From the NCBI GenBank assembly GCA_001829415.1, contig MIBE01000010.1, positions 69,926 through 133,925 of the forward strand: a stretch of DNA of 64,000 nt, written 5' to 3'. Numbering within the stretch: the first letter of the stretch is position 1; each line of letters opens with the position of its first letter. Under the pieces are notes generated by a model. It did not search any database. It saw only the letters and a list, made by a program, of their open reading frames with translations, and was not told where the DNA came from. Positions 54,720 to 64,000 of the stretch are shown in pieces. The stretch is from Spirochaetes bacterium GWF1_51_8. Its GTDB lineage: Bacteria > Spirochaetota > Brevinematia > Brevinematales > GWF1-51-8. The position numbers were made by a program, and so were the translations under genes.

Positions 54720-56123
54720 ATGTCCCAGCGCATCGCATTCGATTATAATAATATGATGGCTGATAATATCGGCACGAGGATGGGGATCAGTTCCGAACGG
54801 CTCGCGAGTTTCGCGAAGATCACCGCTAAGGCGCATGAAGATATGCTCCGCCGCCGTAAGGCGAACGAGCTCCCGTTCTACGATCTTCCTTACCAGAAAG
54901 ACCTTGTCAAACGGCTGCAGACCGCCGCGAAGGAATATATCGGTAAGTTCGACACTCAGGTCGTGATCGGGATAGGCGGTTCGGCGTTAGGCCCGCTCGC
55001 CCTCCAGACCTCGTTACGCAACTGTTTCTGGAACGAGCTTCCCGCCGGAAAACGGAACGGGATGCGCACTTATTATACGGATAACGTCGATCCCGACTGG
55101 ACGAAAGAGCTCATGGAACTGATCGACCCTAAGAACACCCTGTTCCTGATCGTCACCAAATCCGGGAGCACGTCCGAGACCATCACGACGTTTTTCATTC
55201 TCCAAAAGTTCCTAATCGAAGCGGTGGGCGAGGCCGAGTACAAAAAGCACCTCGCGTTCGTGACCGACCCGTCGAAAAGCATCCTCAAGGAGATCGCCGA
55301 GAAGGAGAACATCCCGTGGTTCCCGATCGAACCTCTTGTCGGTGGACGTTTCTCCGTGCTGACGCCGGTGGGGCTGTTTCCCGCGGCGCTGATGGGGATC
55401 GATATCGAGAAACTGCTCGCGGGTGCGGCCGAGATGGACAAATGGACGTCTACCGCCGAACTTCACAACAACCCCGCGTACCTCTACGCCGTGCTTCAAT
55501 ACCTCGCGTATCAGAACGGCGCGCCTATTTCCGTGCTGATGCCTTATTCCAATAAAATGTCCCGCCTCGCGGACTGGTATGTCCAGCTTTGGGCGGAAAG
55601 CCTCGGGAAGAAGTTTACTCTCGACGGCAATATCCATTTCCAGGGCCCGACACCGCTGAAAGCGGTCGGCGCGACAGACCAGCACTCGCAGGTTCAGCTT
55701 TTCAAGGAAGGCCCTTATGATAAAGTCGTCACGTTTATCCGCGTGGAGAATTTCGAGCACTCGTTGAAAATCCCATCGCTCTACAGCGAATACAAGGGGA
55801 TCAACTATCTCGGCGGGCATACGATGAACGAGCTATTCGACGCGGAGCAGAAGGCCACCGAGGTCGCGCTCGCGAAGGAAGGCCGCCCGAGTATCACGAT
55901 CACCGTGCCGAAAGTGGACGAGTTCACGATGGGGCAATTGATCTATCTCTTCGAGGTGGCGACGGTCTTTTCCGGCTATCTCTATCAGCTCGATCCGTTA
56001 GACCAGCCCGGGGTGGAAGAGGGGAAGAACTTCACCTACGGACTGCTGGGACGCGCCGGATACGAAGATAAAAAGAAGGAATTCGATGGAATTTATAAGA
56101 AAAACAAGGATTATATTCTTTAG
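54720..56123 (+). CDS. pgi: Glucose-6-phosphate isomerase
   Basis: 467 aa. IGIGGSALGP, VTKSGSTSET and GGRFSVLT motifs. GGAGGAAAAAA precedes the ATG. Confidence 0.93.
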   Translation: MSQRIAFDYNNMMADNIGTRMGISSERLASFAKITAKAHEDMLRRRKANELPFYDLPYQKDLVKRLQTAAKEYIGKFDTQVVIGIGGSALGPLALQTSLRNCFWNELPAGKRNGMRTYYTDNVDPDWTKELMELIDPKNTLFLIVTKSGSTSETITTFFILQKFLIEAVGEAEYKKHLAFVTDPSKSILKEIAEKENIPWFPIEPLVGGRFSVLTPVGLFPAALMGIDIEKLLAGAAEMDKWTSTAELHNNPAYLYAVLQYLAYQNGAPISVLMPYSNKMSRLADWYVQLWAESLGKKFTLDGNIHFQGPTPLKAVGATDQHSQVQLFKEGPYDKVVTFIRVENFEHSLKIPSLYSEYKGINYLGGHTMNELFDAEQKATEVALAKEGRPSITITVPKVDEFTMGQLIYLFEVATVFSGYLYQLDPLDQPGVEEGKNFTYGLLGRAGYEDKKKEFDGIYKKNKDYIL

Positions 56124-57981
56124 CCTGCTCTGCGCGATGATGGCGTCGGGAAACCTGAATGCTCAGGACCCGACCGCCTACCTGAACGAAGGCATCCAGC
56201 TCTACCAGGAAGAACGTTACTACCAGGCGCTCGACTCGTTCCGTAACGCGCTCAAGCTGAATCCGTACTACGGTCTGGCATACCGTTATCTCGCGGAAGT
56301 CTATTTCGCGATAGGCGCGTATAACGAGAGTCTCGATACCGCGGTGACCGCACTCAAGTACGCGCATAACAATATCGACGCCATGCTCCTCGTGGGGAAC
56401 AGTTACCGTGAGCTCGGGCGGAACAAGGAAGCGGAAGACTACTATAATACTATCCTGAAGCTATTCCCCGCAAACTCGGATGTCTACCGGAATATGGGGA
56501 TACTTTACCTGAAGCTCAACAAGATGCCGCAGGCATACGATTTTCTGCAGAAAGCGGTGAGACTCGCGCCGGAATTCTGGCTCGGGTATGTCTCGCTCGG
56601 AGATTATTATTACCAGCTCGGTAAGGAAAAGGACGCGGAATTGAACTACCAGCAGGCGTTCGACCTGAACTCCCGCGACCGTCTGGCGTTTTTCTATCTC
56701 GCGGATTTCTACTACAAGACCGGGCGTTATAACTCCGCGATCACCCTTCTTGAAAAAGGCGAAATACTATTCGAGAATTTTATCTCCGGGATCAATCTCC
56801 TGGGCGACTGTTACCTTAAGACCGGGAATAACCCGAAGGCGGTGGAGAAGTACCAGTGGCTGCTCGACGCCGAGTTCAAGAAGAGCGATGATTTCCTCAA
56901 ATGGACCTACTATAAGATAGCCTACGCGAGTGAAAAGATATCCGCCGAGACGGCGCTCGAGAACTACCGTAAGTCCTATGAGTTCGATACGAAGAACCAG
57001 ATGATCCGTTACTCGATGGAATCGTTCGTCGCGAAAAGTTTCCCTATCGACGCGGAGATCAGGACGGAACTCGGGCAAATCTATTTTAAGCTGGCGCAGG
57101 CGGAATACTCGGCGGGGAATATGGTCTGGTATCTCCTGCACCTGAAACGGACGGTCTATCTCAATCCGTTCCATTCGGACGCGAGGATGAAGATCGTAGA
57201 GTACTACGAGTTCAGGAAGGATTACCTGCGGGCTTACGAAGAGCTCAAGGCGAGTTTCATTGTCGATAAGAACTACAAGATCAAGGATAAACTGGCGGCG
57301 TACGACTGGAAAATCCAGAACAAACAGCTTGCTCTGCCGAAAGCGGAGTACTACCAGTACAAGGGCGTGCTGATTACCGACAGCGATTATTTCAATTTTA
57401 ATACCGTATTTCCTGAAATAATATTATTCTATTCTAAGTATTTTGAAAAGTTTAAGTTTACGATACTCGATTACCGAAAAAAAGATGGAATAAACAATGT
57501 TCTCGAGTTTATACGGAAGAATAATTACAATTTCTTCGTACTCGTGGAGATGACCGGAAAACACGATGTGATCAAGTTCACGGTGTACGATAATGTCGGG
57601 AAAGAGGTGGAAGCGCTCTCGATCAACTTCAAACCCGATAAGCTCGACGGGGCGATAGACCGGTTTCTTACATGGATGGACACGGTGTTTCCGTCGGTGG
57701 GTTTTGTGAAGAACGAGATGTCCAAGGGTAAGTTTCAGCTCAGTTTGGGAAAGAACAATGGGGTGAAGCCCGGGGACCAGTACATGGTGTTCGATATGCA
57801 GACGGATATCAAGCAGTATGCGATCCTGAAAATCGATACCGCGGATACGTTCGAATCGGTGGGAAGTGTCGTGACGAATATGGGAAAGATTTACGACAGT
57901 CTCAAAAGCAAAAAGATAATAAAAAACGATTCCATATTGAAAAAACACTTGACAAAACTGAAAAGGATTTTAGTATATTAA
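56086..57981 (+). CDS. Secreted TPR-repeat protein
   Basis: 631 aa. Signal peptide MEFIRKTRIIFFSLLCAMMASGNLNAQ and multiple TPR units (YYQALDSFRNALKLNP...). The start overlaps the pgi end by 38 nt; an alternative start is possible. Confidence 0.7.
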   Translation: MEFIRKTRIIFFSLLCAMMASGNLNAQDPTAYLNEGIQLYQEERYYQALDSFRNALKLNPYYGLAYRYLAEVYFAIGAYNESLDTAVTALKYAHNNIDAMLLVGNSYRELGRNKEAEDYYNTILKLFPANSDVYRNMGILYLKLNKMPQAYDFLQKAVRLAPEFWLGYVSLGDYYYQLGKEKDAELNYQQAFDLNSRDRLAFFYLADFYYKTGRYNSAITLLEKGEILFENFISGINLLGDCYLKTGNNPKAVEKYQWLLDAEFKKSDDFLKWTYYKIAYASEKISAETALENYRKSYEFDTKNQMIRYSMESFVAKSFPIDAEIRTELGQIYFKLAQAEYSAGNMVWYLLHLKRTVYLNPFHSDARMKIVEYYEFRKDYLRAYEELKASFIVDKNYKIKDKLAAYDWKIQNKQLALPKAEYYQYKGVLITDSDYFNFNTVFPEIILFYSKYFEKFKFTILDYRKKDGINNVLEFIRKNNYNFFVLVEMTGKHDVIKFTVYDNVGKEVEALSINFKPDKLDGAIDRFLTWMDTVFPSVGFVKNEMSKGKFQLSLGKNNGVKPGDQYMVFDMQTDIKQYAILKIDTADTFESVGSVVTNMGKIYDSLKSKKIIKNDSILKKHLTKLKRILVY

Positions 57982-58007
57982 GGGTATAATTCTTGAGGAG
58001 GATATTG

Positions 58008-60314
58008 ATGGATTCCAGCTTGTTTTTCTGGATAGAAGCCATCATCGCCGTATTCATGGGCTTATTGATGATACTTAATTACTTGAATTATAAAAAGAAA
58101 ACCGACACGGCTGATATATTTAAATCGCTTTTCTTCGTATTCATATTAATTCTTGTAAAGTCGGCTGTTTATATAGGAATTAACTTCACCGACGTGCTCT
58201 GGTTCGCGTTCGAAAAAGACAACGCGGTCGTAGTCGGCGATATCATTTTCGGTATCATCAAGCCCGAATACAACATGCCGAACCAGGTTCCCCCTCTGCC
58301 GGTGTATGAACTCAAGTTCTTCATCTGGCAGATCATGGAAACCCTCTTTATCATCGGATTGAGCTATGTCTTCATCCTCCGCCGCAAAAAAGCGGAAACG
58401 GACAAGGTCGGCGGCATCCGTATGATGAAGTGGCTCCAGGTAATCCTGCTCGCTCTTATCGCGCTCACGGTCGGTCTCCTTTCCATGCAGTCCCAATCCG
58501 CGGTACGTATCACGGAAGCGGTCAAGGAAAACACGGGCAACAACAGCGAAAAGTTCTTTGTGACCGAGAACGGGTGGGAAGTGATCGATCTCAGCACCGA
58601 TGACCCCGCGCCTTACCAGTTATTGAAGGACAAGGATAAAGAGACCCTGAGCGTAACGATGAACCTCTACGACTCCGGCATACCCGCGATTGAATTTATC
58701 AAAGGCTGGGCCGGGCGCGCTGTGCTCGTGCTCTGGAAAGTGCTCCTCATGGTCTTCGCGTTGCTCGCGATATCGTCAACGTTCGGGTATATCGCGAACC
58801 TGCTCGAATATATCGATAAGAACAAGAAGATACTCTATATTTACCTGTTCCTCCAGATCGTAGTCTATATCGGATCGACCGCTGTCAGTTATTACTCGAG
58901 CGGCATGGTCTGGTTCGCGATCGACCTATTGGGCCTCATCCTGTTCTCGGTATTCGCATACCGTGTGCACTCGCAGTACATCCATGATATCGAAGAAGCA
59001 GTGGAGAGCCTCGCGAACGAACGCGACCTGATCATCAAGTTGATGAAGGATATCAGCGCGATCATCGGCGCGGGTGAATTCGACCTCGATACGATCGTCA
59101 AGCAGATCGTGGATGCGTGTGTGACCGGCGCGAACTGCCGTGGGGGAACCGTGTTCCTTCGCGATGAAGTCACGAGCCGTCTCAATGTCAAGTATGTCAA
59201 CGGGCTTTATCCGCCGACCCGCTCGTTCAAGATGCTCGCCGGGATGACATTGACGGAATCCGTTATTATAGAAAAGCTGAAAAGTGAAAAGATAGCAGTG
59301 GGTGAAGGCCTTCTGGGTAAGGTCGCCGAGAGCGGCGAATTGATCTACATCCCGGATACGTTGAAGGACGAGTCGTTCGTACAGACTATTCCCGATACGA
59401 TGCTCGTGACCTCGTTCATCGCCGTGCCGTTGAAGAGCCAGGACGAAGTATTCGGCGTACTGTCTGTTGTCGATGACGCCCGCTCTTTCCTAGAAAGCGA
59501 CGTGAGCTTGATCGAGACCCTCGGAGAACAGGCCGCTATCACTATCAAACAGATCCAGATGTATAAAGAAATATTAGACAAGAAACAGGCTGAAAAGGAA
59601 TTGAGCGTTGCGGGTGAAATTCAGTCCTCGCTCACGCCTCATTCGTTCCCCGAAGCCGACAAGTATGAGATGTTCGCGTTCTCTATCCCCGCGAAAGGGG
59701 TAGGCGGCGACTACTACGATTACATCGATTTCGGAAATAACAAGATCGCGGTCACGATGTTCGACGTATCGGGAAAAGGCGTTCCCGCGGCTCTCATCAT
59801 GGTGATGATCCGGAGTATCTTACGCACCATCGCGTCACTCGACGAGGACACGAAGGACGTATTGACCAAGCTGAATAACACGATTTCGGAAGAAATAGTA
59901 GAAGACCGTTATGCAACTGGATTTTACTTGCTATTTGACGCGGAAAGGGGTATAATGAGTTATACCAATGCAGGTCACGGCCCGCTTTGTTTATACCGCA
60001 AGAGCAAGGACACATTCGAGTTTTTGGATACGGACGGGATGCCTGTGGGTATCATGTCGGGAATCGAGTTTGGACAGAACTATACGACTCTTGAAAAAGG
60101 GGACATCGCAATCCTCTACACCGATGGTATCACCGAAGCTATGAACCTGGAGCATGAGGAATACGGTATGGATAGCATGCAGGAAGTGGTAAGAGCTTGT
60201 AAGAATATGCCCGCTCAGGAAATAGCGAATAGAATTCTTGACGGTGTAAATCATTTTGTAAAATCTGCGCCGCAGCATGATGATGAAACATTACTTGTGT
60301 TGAAGATGAAATAA
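58008..60314 (+). CDS. Membrane-anchored GAF-SpoIIE/PP2C phosphatase
   Basis: ATG 58008 follows GAGGAGG. Multiple TM helices, a GAF-like region (GGTVFLRDE...LLGKVAESGE...AVPL), then GGDYYDY, FDVSGKGVPAAL, NAGHGP, YTDGITEA and DDETLLVL. Confidence 0.85.
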   Translation: MDSSLFFWIEAIIAVFMGLLMILNYLNYKKKTDTADIFKSLFFVFILILVKSAVYIGINFTDVLWFAFEKDNAVVVGDIIFGIIKPEYNMPNQVPPLPVYELKFFIWQIMETLFIIGLSYVFILRRKKAETDKVGGIRMMKWLQVILLALIALTVGLLSMQSQSAVRITEAVKENTGNNSEKFFVTENGWEVIDLSTDDPAPYQLLKDKDKETLSVTMNLYDSGIPAIEFIKGWAGRAVLVLWKVLLMVFALLAISSTFGYIANLLEYIDKNKKILYIYLFLQIVVYIGSTAVSYYSSGMVWFAIDLLGLILFSVFAYRVHSQYIHDIEEAVESLANERDLIIKLMKDISAIIGAGEFDLDTIVKQIVDACVTGANCRGGTVFLRDEVTSRLNVKYVNGLYPPTRSFKMLAGMTLTESVIIEKLKSEKIAVGEGLLGKVAESGELIYIPDTLKDESFVQTIPDTMLVTSFIAVPLKSQDEVFGVLSVVDDARSFLESDVSLIETLGEQAAITIKQIQMYKEILDKKQAEKELSVAGEIQSSLTPHSFPEADKYEMFAFSIPAKGVGGDYYDYIDFGNNKIAVTMFDVSGKGVPAALIMVMIRSILRTIASLDEDTKDVLTKLNNTISEEIVEDRYATGFYLLFDAERGIMSYTNAGHGPLCLYRKSKDTFEFLDTDGMPVGIMSGIEFGQNYTTLEKGDIAILYTDGITEAMNLEHEEYGMDSMQEVVRACKNMPAQEIANRILDGVNHFVKSAPQHDDETLLVLKMK

Positions 60315-60344
60315 CAAAATAGGATAATATTTCAGGAGGACCTT

Positions 60345-60683
60345 ATGGAAATAAACAGAAGAGAGTCGGGCGACGTCGTCATCTTTGACATCAACGGTGA
60401 AATCGACCTCTATAATGCCCCGGAAATTAAAGAAAAAATCAAAGAAGAAATGAATAACGGAAAAGTGAATATTATTATCAACCTCGATAAAGTAAGCTAT
60501 ATCGATAGCTCCGGTATCGGCGTGTTGATTTCCAGCCTTTCCAACCTGAAAAAGGTCGGCGGTGCGTTGAAACTGATAAATGTTTACGCGTCCGTCAGAA
60601 AGGTTTTCGAATTGACGAAACTCACCAGTTTCTTCGAGATCCACGATAGCGAAGACGACGCATTAGCGGCGTTCAATAACTAA
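60345..60683 (+). CDS. STAS-domain anti-sigma-factor antagonist (SpoIIAA/RsbV-like)
   Basis: 112 aa. YIDSSGIGVLIS contains the phosphorylatable Ser context. Lies directly downstream of the PP2C gene. Confidence 0.88.
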   Translation: MEINRRESGDVVIFDINGEIDLYNAPEIKEKIKEEMNNGKVNIIINLDKVSYIDSSGIGVLISSLSNLKKVGGALKLINVYASVRKVFELTKLTSFFEIHDSEDDALAAFNN

Positions 60684-60777
60684 TCGGGACCACGGTTAAA
60701 TGGGTGTATCTTTTGTGTCCGTCTCCTTTTGTTTTGCTTGAGTTCGATCTCTCGGGAATATTTACATTTCATATAGA

Positions 60778-60804
60778 AGAGGCTTGAAAAGGCCTCTTTT
60801 TTTA
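60778..60804 (+). terminator. Rho-independent terminator after the STAS gene
   Basis: AGAGGCT-TGAAAA-GGCCTCT followed by TTTTTTT. Confidence 0.8.
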
Positions 60805-60824
60805 TTTTCAAAACGAAAAAAGCC

Positions 60825-60871
60825 TTTACAGGATTTATAATCCTTTATATAATGTTTCTATGTATAGAAAC
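60825..60871 (+). promoter_or_regulatory. trpR-like/trpB2 promoter with palindromic operator
   Basis: TTTACA (60825-60830), 17 nt, TATAAT (60848-60853), immediately followed by GTTTCTATGTATAGAAAC (60854-60871). Confidence 0.65.
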
Positions 60872-60884
60872 GGCAGACGTGGCA

Positions 60885-61160
60885 ATGGATCTTTATGACG
60901 CGTTTCTCAGTATTGAGAATAAAGGGGACATCGAAAAACTGTTCGACGAACTGTTTACGCCGTCGGAGAAGAAAAGACTCTTATTGAGATGGAGACTGCT
61001 CGGGATGCTTAGGCGCCGGACGCCGCAAAGGAAGATTGCGTCGGAATTGGGGATTAGCCTCTGCAAGATCACCCGCGGCGCGGGGATACTCAGGAAAAAA
61101 GATTCGTTATTATATAGAATACTCAGTGAAGGAGATAAAGATGGAAATTCAGAAGATTGA
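60885..61160 (+). CDS. TrpR-like (YerC/YecD family) DNA-binding protein
   Basis: ORF 60852..61160 trimmed to MDLYDAFL (ATG 60885). [20 protein letters not shown]...[18 protein letters not shown] is the TrpR-family HTH pattern. Confidence 0.75.
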   Translation: MDLYDAFLSIENKGDIEKLFDELFTPSEKKRLLLRWRLLGMLRRRTPQRKIASELGISLCKITRGAGILRKKDSLLYRILSEGDKDGNSED

Positions 61161-62496
61161 TCTCGCCCAGAAAGATATGCCGCGCAAGTGGTATAATATC
61201 CAGGCCGATCTGCCCAAACCTCTCGATCCGCCGTTAGGCCCCGACGGGAATCCTGTCACCCCGCAGCAGCTTGCGGCGATTTTCCCGATGGGTGTTATCG
61301 AGCAGGAAGTATCCACGGAGCGTTGGATCGATATCCCCGAAGATGTTCTCGACGTTTATGCCCGTTGGAGACCCGCGCCAATTTTCCGCGCTATTCATCT
61401 TGAAAAAGCGCTCGGCACTCCCGCGAAAATATACTATAAATATGAAGGTTGTTCGCCCGCCGGATCGCACAAGCCGAATACCTCGGTCGCGCAGGCGTAT
61501 TACAATAAGAAGGAAGGCGTTAAGCGTATAACGACCGAAACCGGAGCAGGTCAGTGGGGCAGCGCGCTTGCGCTTGCCGGCGCTCTCTTCGGTATCGAAG
61601 TCCGGGTCTATATGGTGCGCACCAGCTACGACTCCAAACCCTACCGCAAGATGATGATGAGCACATGGGGCGCGGAATGTTTCCCCAGCCCGAGCGATAA
61701 GACGGAATACGGCCGCAAGGTACTTGCGCAGGACCCGAATTGTCCCGGAAGCCTCGGAATGGCTATTTCGGAAGCTGTCGAAGAAGCGGCGTCCCGTAAG
61801 GATACCAATTACTCCCTCGGAAGCGTGCTGAACCATGTCCTCATGCACCAGACAATCATCGGTCTCGAGTGTAAGGCACAGCTCAAGCAGATCAACGTCT
61901 ATCCCGATGTCGTGATCGGATGTGTCGGCGGCGGAAGCAACTTCGCCGGCATCGCATTTCCTTATCTTTATGACAAATTGACCGAAAATAAAAAGGTGGA
62001 TATTATCGCCGTCGAGCCGCGTTCGTGCCCGACGATCACGAAGGGTATCTACGATTACGATTTCGGCGATACAGCCGGGATGGCGCCGATTGTGAAAATG
62101 TACACGTTGGGGCATACGTTTATGCCGCCGGCCATTCACGCGGGCGGGCTCCGTTACCACGGTATGGCGCCGCTGGTAAGCGCACTCGCCAACCAGAAAC
62201 TGATCGAAGCGCGCGCGTATCACCAGACGGAAGTGTTCGAAGCGGGCGTACTCTTTGCGAGAACTGAGGGAATGGTTCCCGCGCCGGAAACCACCCATGC
62301 CTTGAAATGCGCTATCGAAGAAGCGAAAAAGGCGAAAGAGGAAGGAAAAGAGAAGACCATCCTGTTCAATTTCAGCGGTCACGGTATTTTCGATTTGGCT
62401 TCCTACGACAAATTTTTGAGCGGACAGCTCGAAGATTACGAGTATCCTGAAGAAGAGATACAACGAGCCCTAAAAATATTACCTTTTAAGAACTAA
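61141..62496 (+). CDS. trpB: Tryptophan synthase beta chain, TrpB2 type
   Basis: ORF trimmed to [20 protein letters not shown] (ATG 61141). [10 protein letters not shown] carries the PLP Lys, with [11 protein letters not shown] and [11 protein letters not shown]. Overlaps the trpR-like stop by 20 nt. Confidence 0.88.
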   Translation: MEIQKIDLAQKDMPRKWYNIQADLPKPLDPPLGPDGNPVTPQQLAAIFPMGVIEQEVSTERWIDIPEDVLDVYARWRPAPIFRAIHLEKALGTPAKIYYKYEGCSPAGSHKPNTSVAQAYYNKKEGVKRITTETGAGQWGSALALAGALFGIEVRVYMVRTSYDSKPYRKMMMSTWGAECFPSPSDKTEYGRKVLAQDPNCPGSLGMAISEAVEEAASRKDTNYSLGSVLNHVLMHQTIIGLECKAQLKQINVYPDVVIGCVGGGSNFAGIAFPYLYDKLTENKKVDIIAVEPRSCPTITKGIYDYDFGDTAGMAPIVKMYTLGHTFMPPAIHAGGLRYHGMAPLVSALANQKLIEARAYHQTEVFEAGVLFARTEGMVPAPETTHALKCAIEEAKKAKEEGKEKTILFNFSGHGIFDLASYDKFLSGQLEDYEYPEEEIQRALKILPFKN

Positions 62497-62499
62497 TTG

Positions 62500-62529
62500 A
62501 AAAGGGGCGTTAAGCCCCTTTTCTTTTTT
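62500..62529 (+). terminator. Rho-independent terminator after trpB2
   Basis: AAAAGGGGC-GTTAA-GCCCCTTTT followed by CTTTTTT. Confidence 0.8.
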
Positions 62530-62647
62530 GGGCGGTTTTTAAAACGCATAACAGTCTTGAATTGAGTATGTTATTCAAATAAATCGCCAAATGGTCATAT
62601 AATAAAAAATCAGTATTTGAAATGACCATGAGATTGTGGAGGGGAAA

Positions 62648-64000
62648 ATGAAAGATCACGATGTCAATGGGAAAACTCTGCTGATCATAGGCGCGGGCCT
62701 TCTCCAAATTCCCGTTATCGAACGGGCTAAAGAGCTCGGTATCGATACGGTTGTGGCCGACGCCAATCCGAACGCGATAGGGGTGAAGACCGCCGGGCAT
62801 TTTATCCGTTCCAGCACGCTCGACGCGGAAGGGACGGTCTACGAGGCCGAGAAGTTCAGCGAGAGCGTGAAGAAGATCGACGGCGTGCTTACTGTCGGCA
62901 CGGACGCTTCGTACACTGTGGCGATGGCCGCGAAGAAGCTCGGACTTCCAGGGATCGACCCTGAGGTAGCTCTCCGAGCCACGGATAAGTACCTGATGCG
63001 CAAAGCCCTGCGCGCCGAGAACGTCCCGGTACCCGACTTCGAAATTGTCGACGCATACAATAAAGCCATCGAAATCTACGAGAAGCTCGAAGGCGACTGC
63101 GTGATCAAGCCGGTCAGCAGTATGGGCGCGCGCGGTGTCAGGCGTATCATCCATCTCGACGACCTGAAAGAGGCTTACGAGACAGCAAAATCCTTCTCCC
63201 AAAGCGGAAAGGTTGTCATCGAGAAATATATCGAATCTCCCGAACTCAGCATCGATTCATTGATCTATAACGGGCAGATCATGATTACCGGCATCGCGGA
63301 CCGGATCATCGAATACGATCCCTTCTTCGTGGAGACCGGGCATATCATGCCGTCGGAACTCCCGGAAGAACAGCTCAATTACGCGGTAGAGATATTTGAA
63401 AAGGGTGTCCGCGCGATAGGCATCACGAACGGCGCGGCGAAGGGCGATATCAAGATATCGTCGAGCGGGTGCTTTATCGGCGAGATCGCGGCGAGACTCT
63501 CCGGCGGCTTCATGTCGACCTATACCTATCCTTATTCGTCAGGCGTAGACCTCATGAAGAACGTCATCTATATCGCGCTCGGGCTTGCCCCGGTCGACCT
63601 CCAGCCCACGAAGGACTGGGTGTCTATCGAACGCGCGATAATCGCGCCTCCCGGGGTCATCTCCCGGATCGAGGGGCTGGACGAGGCGAAGAAGATCAAG
63701 TATGTCAAAAACGTGATGTTCGATTCCAAGGTCGGCGACAAGATTCTTTCCCCGCGCAATAACCTCGACAAGTCGGGGCATATTATTGTCGCGGCTCCGA
63801 CCCGTCACGAGGCGATCATCGCATCTCATAAGGCGATACAGGCGATCAAAGTCCTGACTGTCGAGGACGACGACCAGAAGATACCCCAGCTCGAAATGGA
63901 CGAGTACGCGAGGCAGCAGTTCAACGGGCGATGCTTTGTCTGCGAGGACTGTAACGGTATCCGCTGCAGGGGTATGCTCCCCGGGATGGGCGGTATCGGC
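62648..64000 (+). CDS. ATP-grasp enzyme with a Cys-rich C-terminal extension (possibly an FMN-dependent oxidoreductase domain); 3' end lies outside the window
   Basis: ATG 62648 follows GGAGGGGAAA; the frame stays open to 64000 (451 codons, checked by hand). LLIIGAGLLQ, VIKPVSSMGARGV and the ATP-grasp core are present. The last residues CFVCEDCNGIRCRGMLPGMGGIG resemble the N-terminus of anaerobe-type FMN alpha-hydroxy-acid oxidoreductases. Missing from the ORF track because there is no in-window stop. Confidence 0.7.
   Translation, partial: MKDHDVNGKTLLIIGAGLLQIPVIERAKELGIDTVVADANPNAIGVKTAGHFIRSSTLDAEGTVYEAEKFSESVKKIDGVLTVGTDASYTVAMAAKKLGLPGIDPEVALRATDKYLMRKALRAENVPVPDFEIVDAYNKAIEIYEKLEGDCVIKPVSSMGARGVRRIIHLDDLKEAYETAKSFSQSGKVVIEKYIESPELSIDSLIYNGQIMITGIADRIIEYDPFFVETGHIMPSELPEEQLNYAVEIFEKGVRAIGITNGAAKGDIKISSSGCFIGEIAARLSGGFMSTYTYPYSSGVDLMKNVIYIALGLAPVDLQPTKDWVSIERAIIAPPGVISRIEGLDEAKKIKYVKNVMFDSKVGDKILSPRNNLDKSGHIIVAAPTRHEAIIASHKAIQAIKVLTVEDDDQKIPQLEMDEYARQQFNGRCFVCEDCNGIRCRGMLPGMGGIG

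Noticed and set aside
62510-63202. 230-aa minus-strand ORF listed in the track
   Set aside because: It is antisense to the ATP-grasp gene, which starts at 62648 and has clear motifs and a Shine-Dalgarno sequence. The minus ORF begins inside the trpB2 terminator and has no motifs.
1-64000. Looked for CRISPR arrays, prophage or defence islands, transposases, integrases and rRNA/tRNA genes
   Set aside because: The repeats present are dispersed palindromes, not direct-repeat/spacer arrays. No cas, phage structural, recombinase or transposase translations appear in any frame of the ORF track.

Overview
A 64-kb, gene-dense bacterial chromosomal segment with about 60 protein genes, mostly on the minus strand, and no rRNA, tRNA, CRISPR array, transposase or integrase that I can see. 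Housekeeping genes are recognisable from their translations: rny, ispH, mtnP, tsaE, rarA, thyX, purD, cinA, cvpA, a DinG-like helicase, ftsK, uppP, pgi and a TrpB2-type trpB. They are interleaved with an unusually dense signalling set: three large SpoIIE/PP2C phosphatases, one STAS antagonist, two class III nucleotide cyclases, a REC-GGDEF-nitroreductase fusion, and OmpR, PadR, TetR, LuxR and TrpR-like regulators. That mix resembles Leptospirales-type spirochaetes, but this is inference only. The most interesting signals are non-coding or structural. (1) A roughly 600-bp hairpin-dense element occurs twice in opposite orientation (5403-5999 and 54055-54654). Stems are conserved, one inner stem is replaced by a different but still paired sequence, and loops vary, so it is a candidate large structured RNA or ssDNA-type mobile element that I cannot assign to a known family. 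(2) Inside that element, a segment flanked by 13-bp inverted repeats lies in opposite orientation in the two copies. (3) Two single-gene cassettes are each inserted at the 3' end of a host gene and bracketed by long (about 79 and 110 bp) near-identical direct repeats of that 3' end. (4) An 18-bp palindromic operator is shared between a trpR-like/trpB2 operon and one of those cassettes. (5) A family of nested palindromic mini-repeats is dispersed through intergenic regions. Unusual domain fusions are also noted: JAB-DinG, REC-GGDEF-nitroreductase, and an ATP-grasp protein with a Cys-rich C-terminal extension. So is a HemL-like protein lacking the catalytic lysine. All calls come from reading the sequence and ORF translations by eye; no database search was run.
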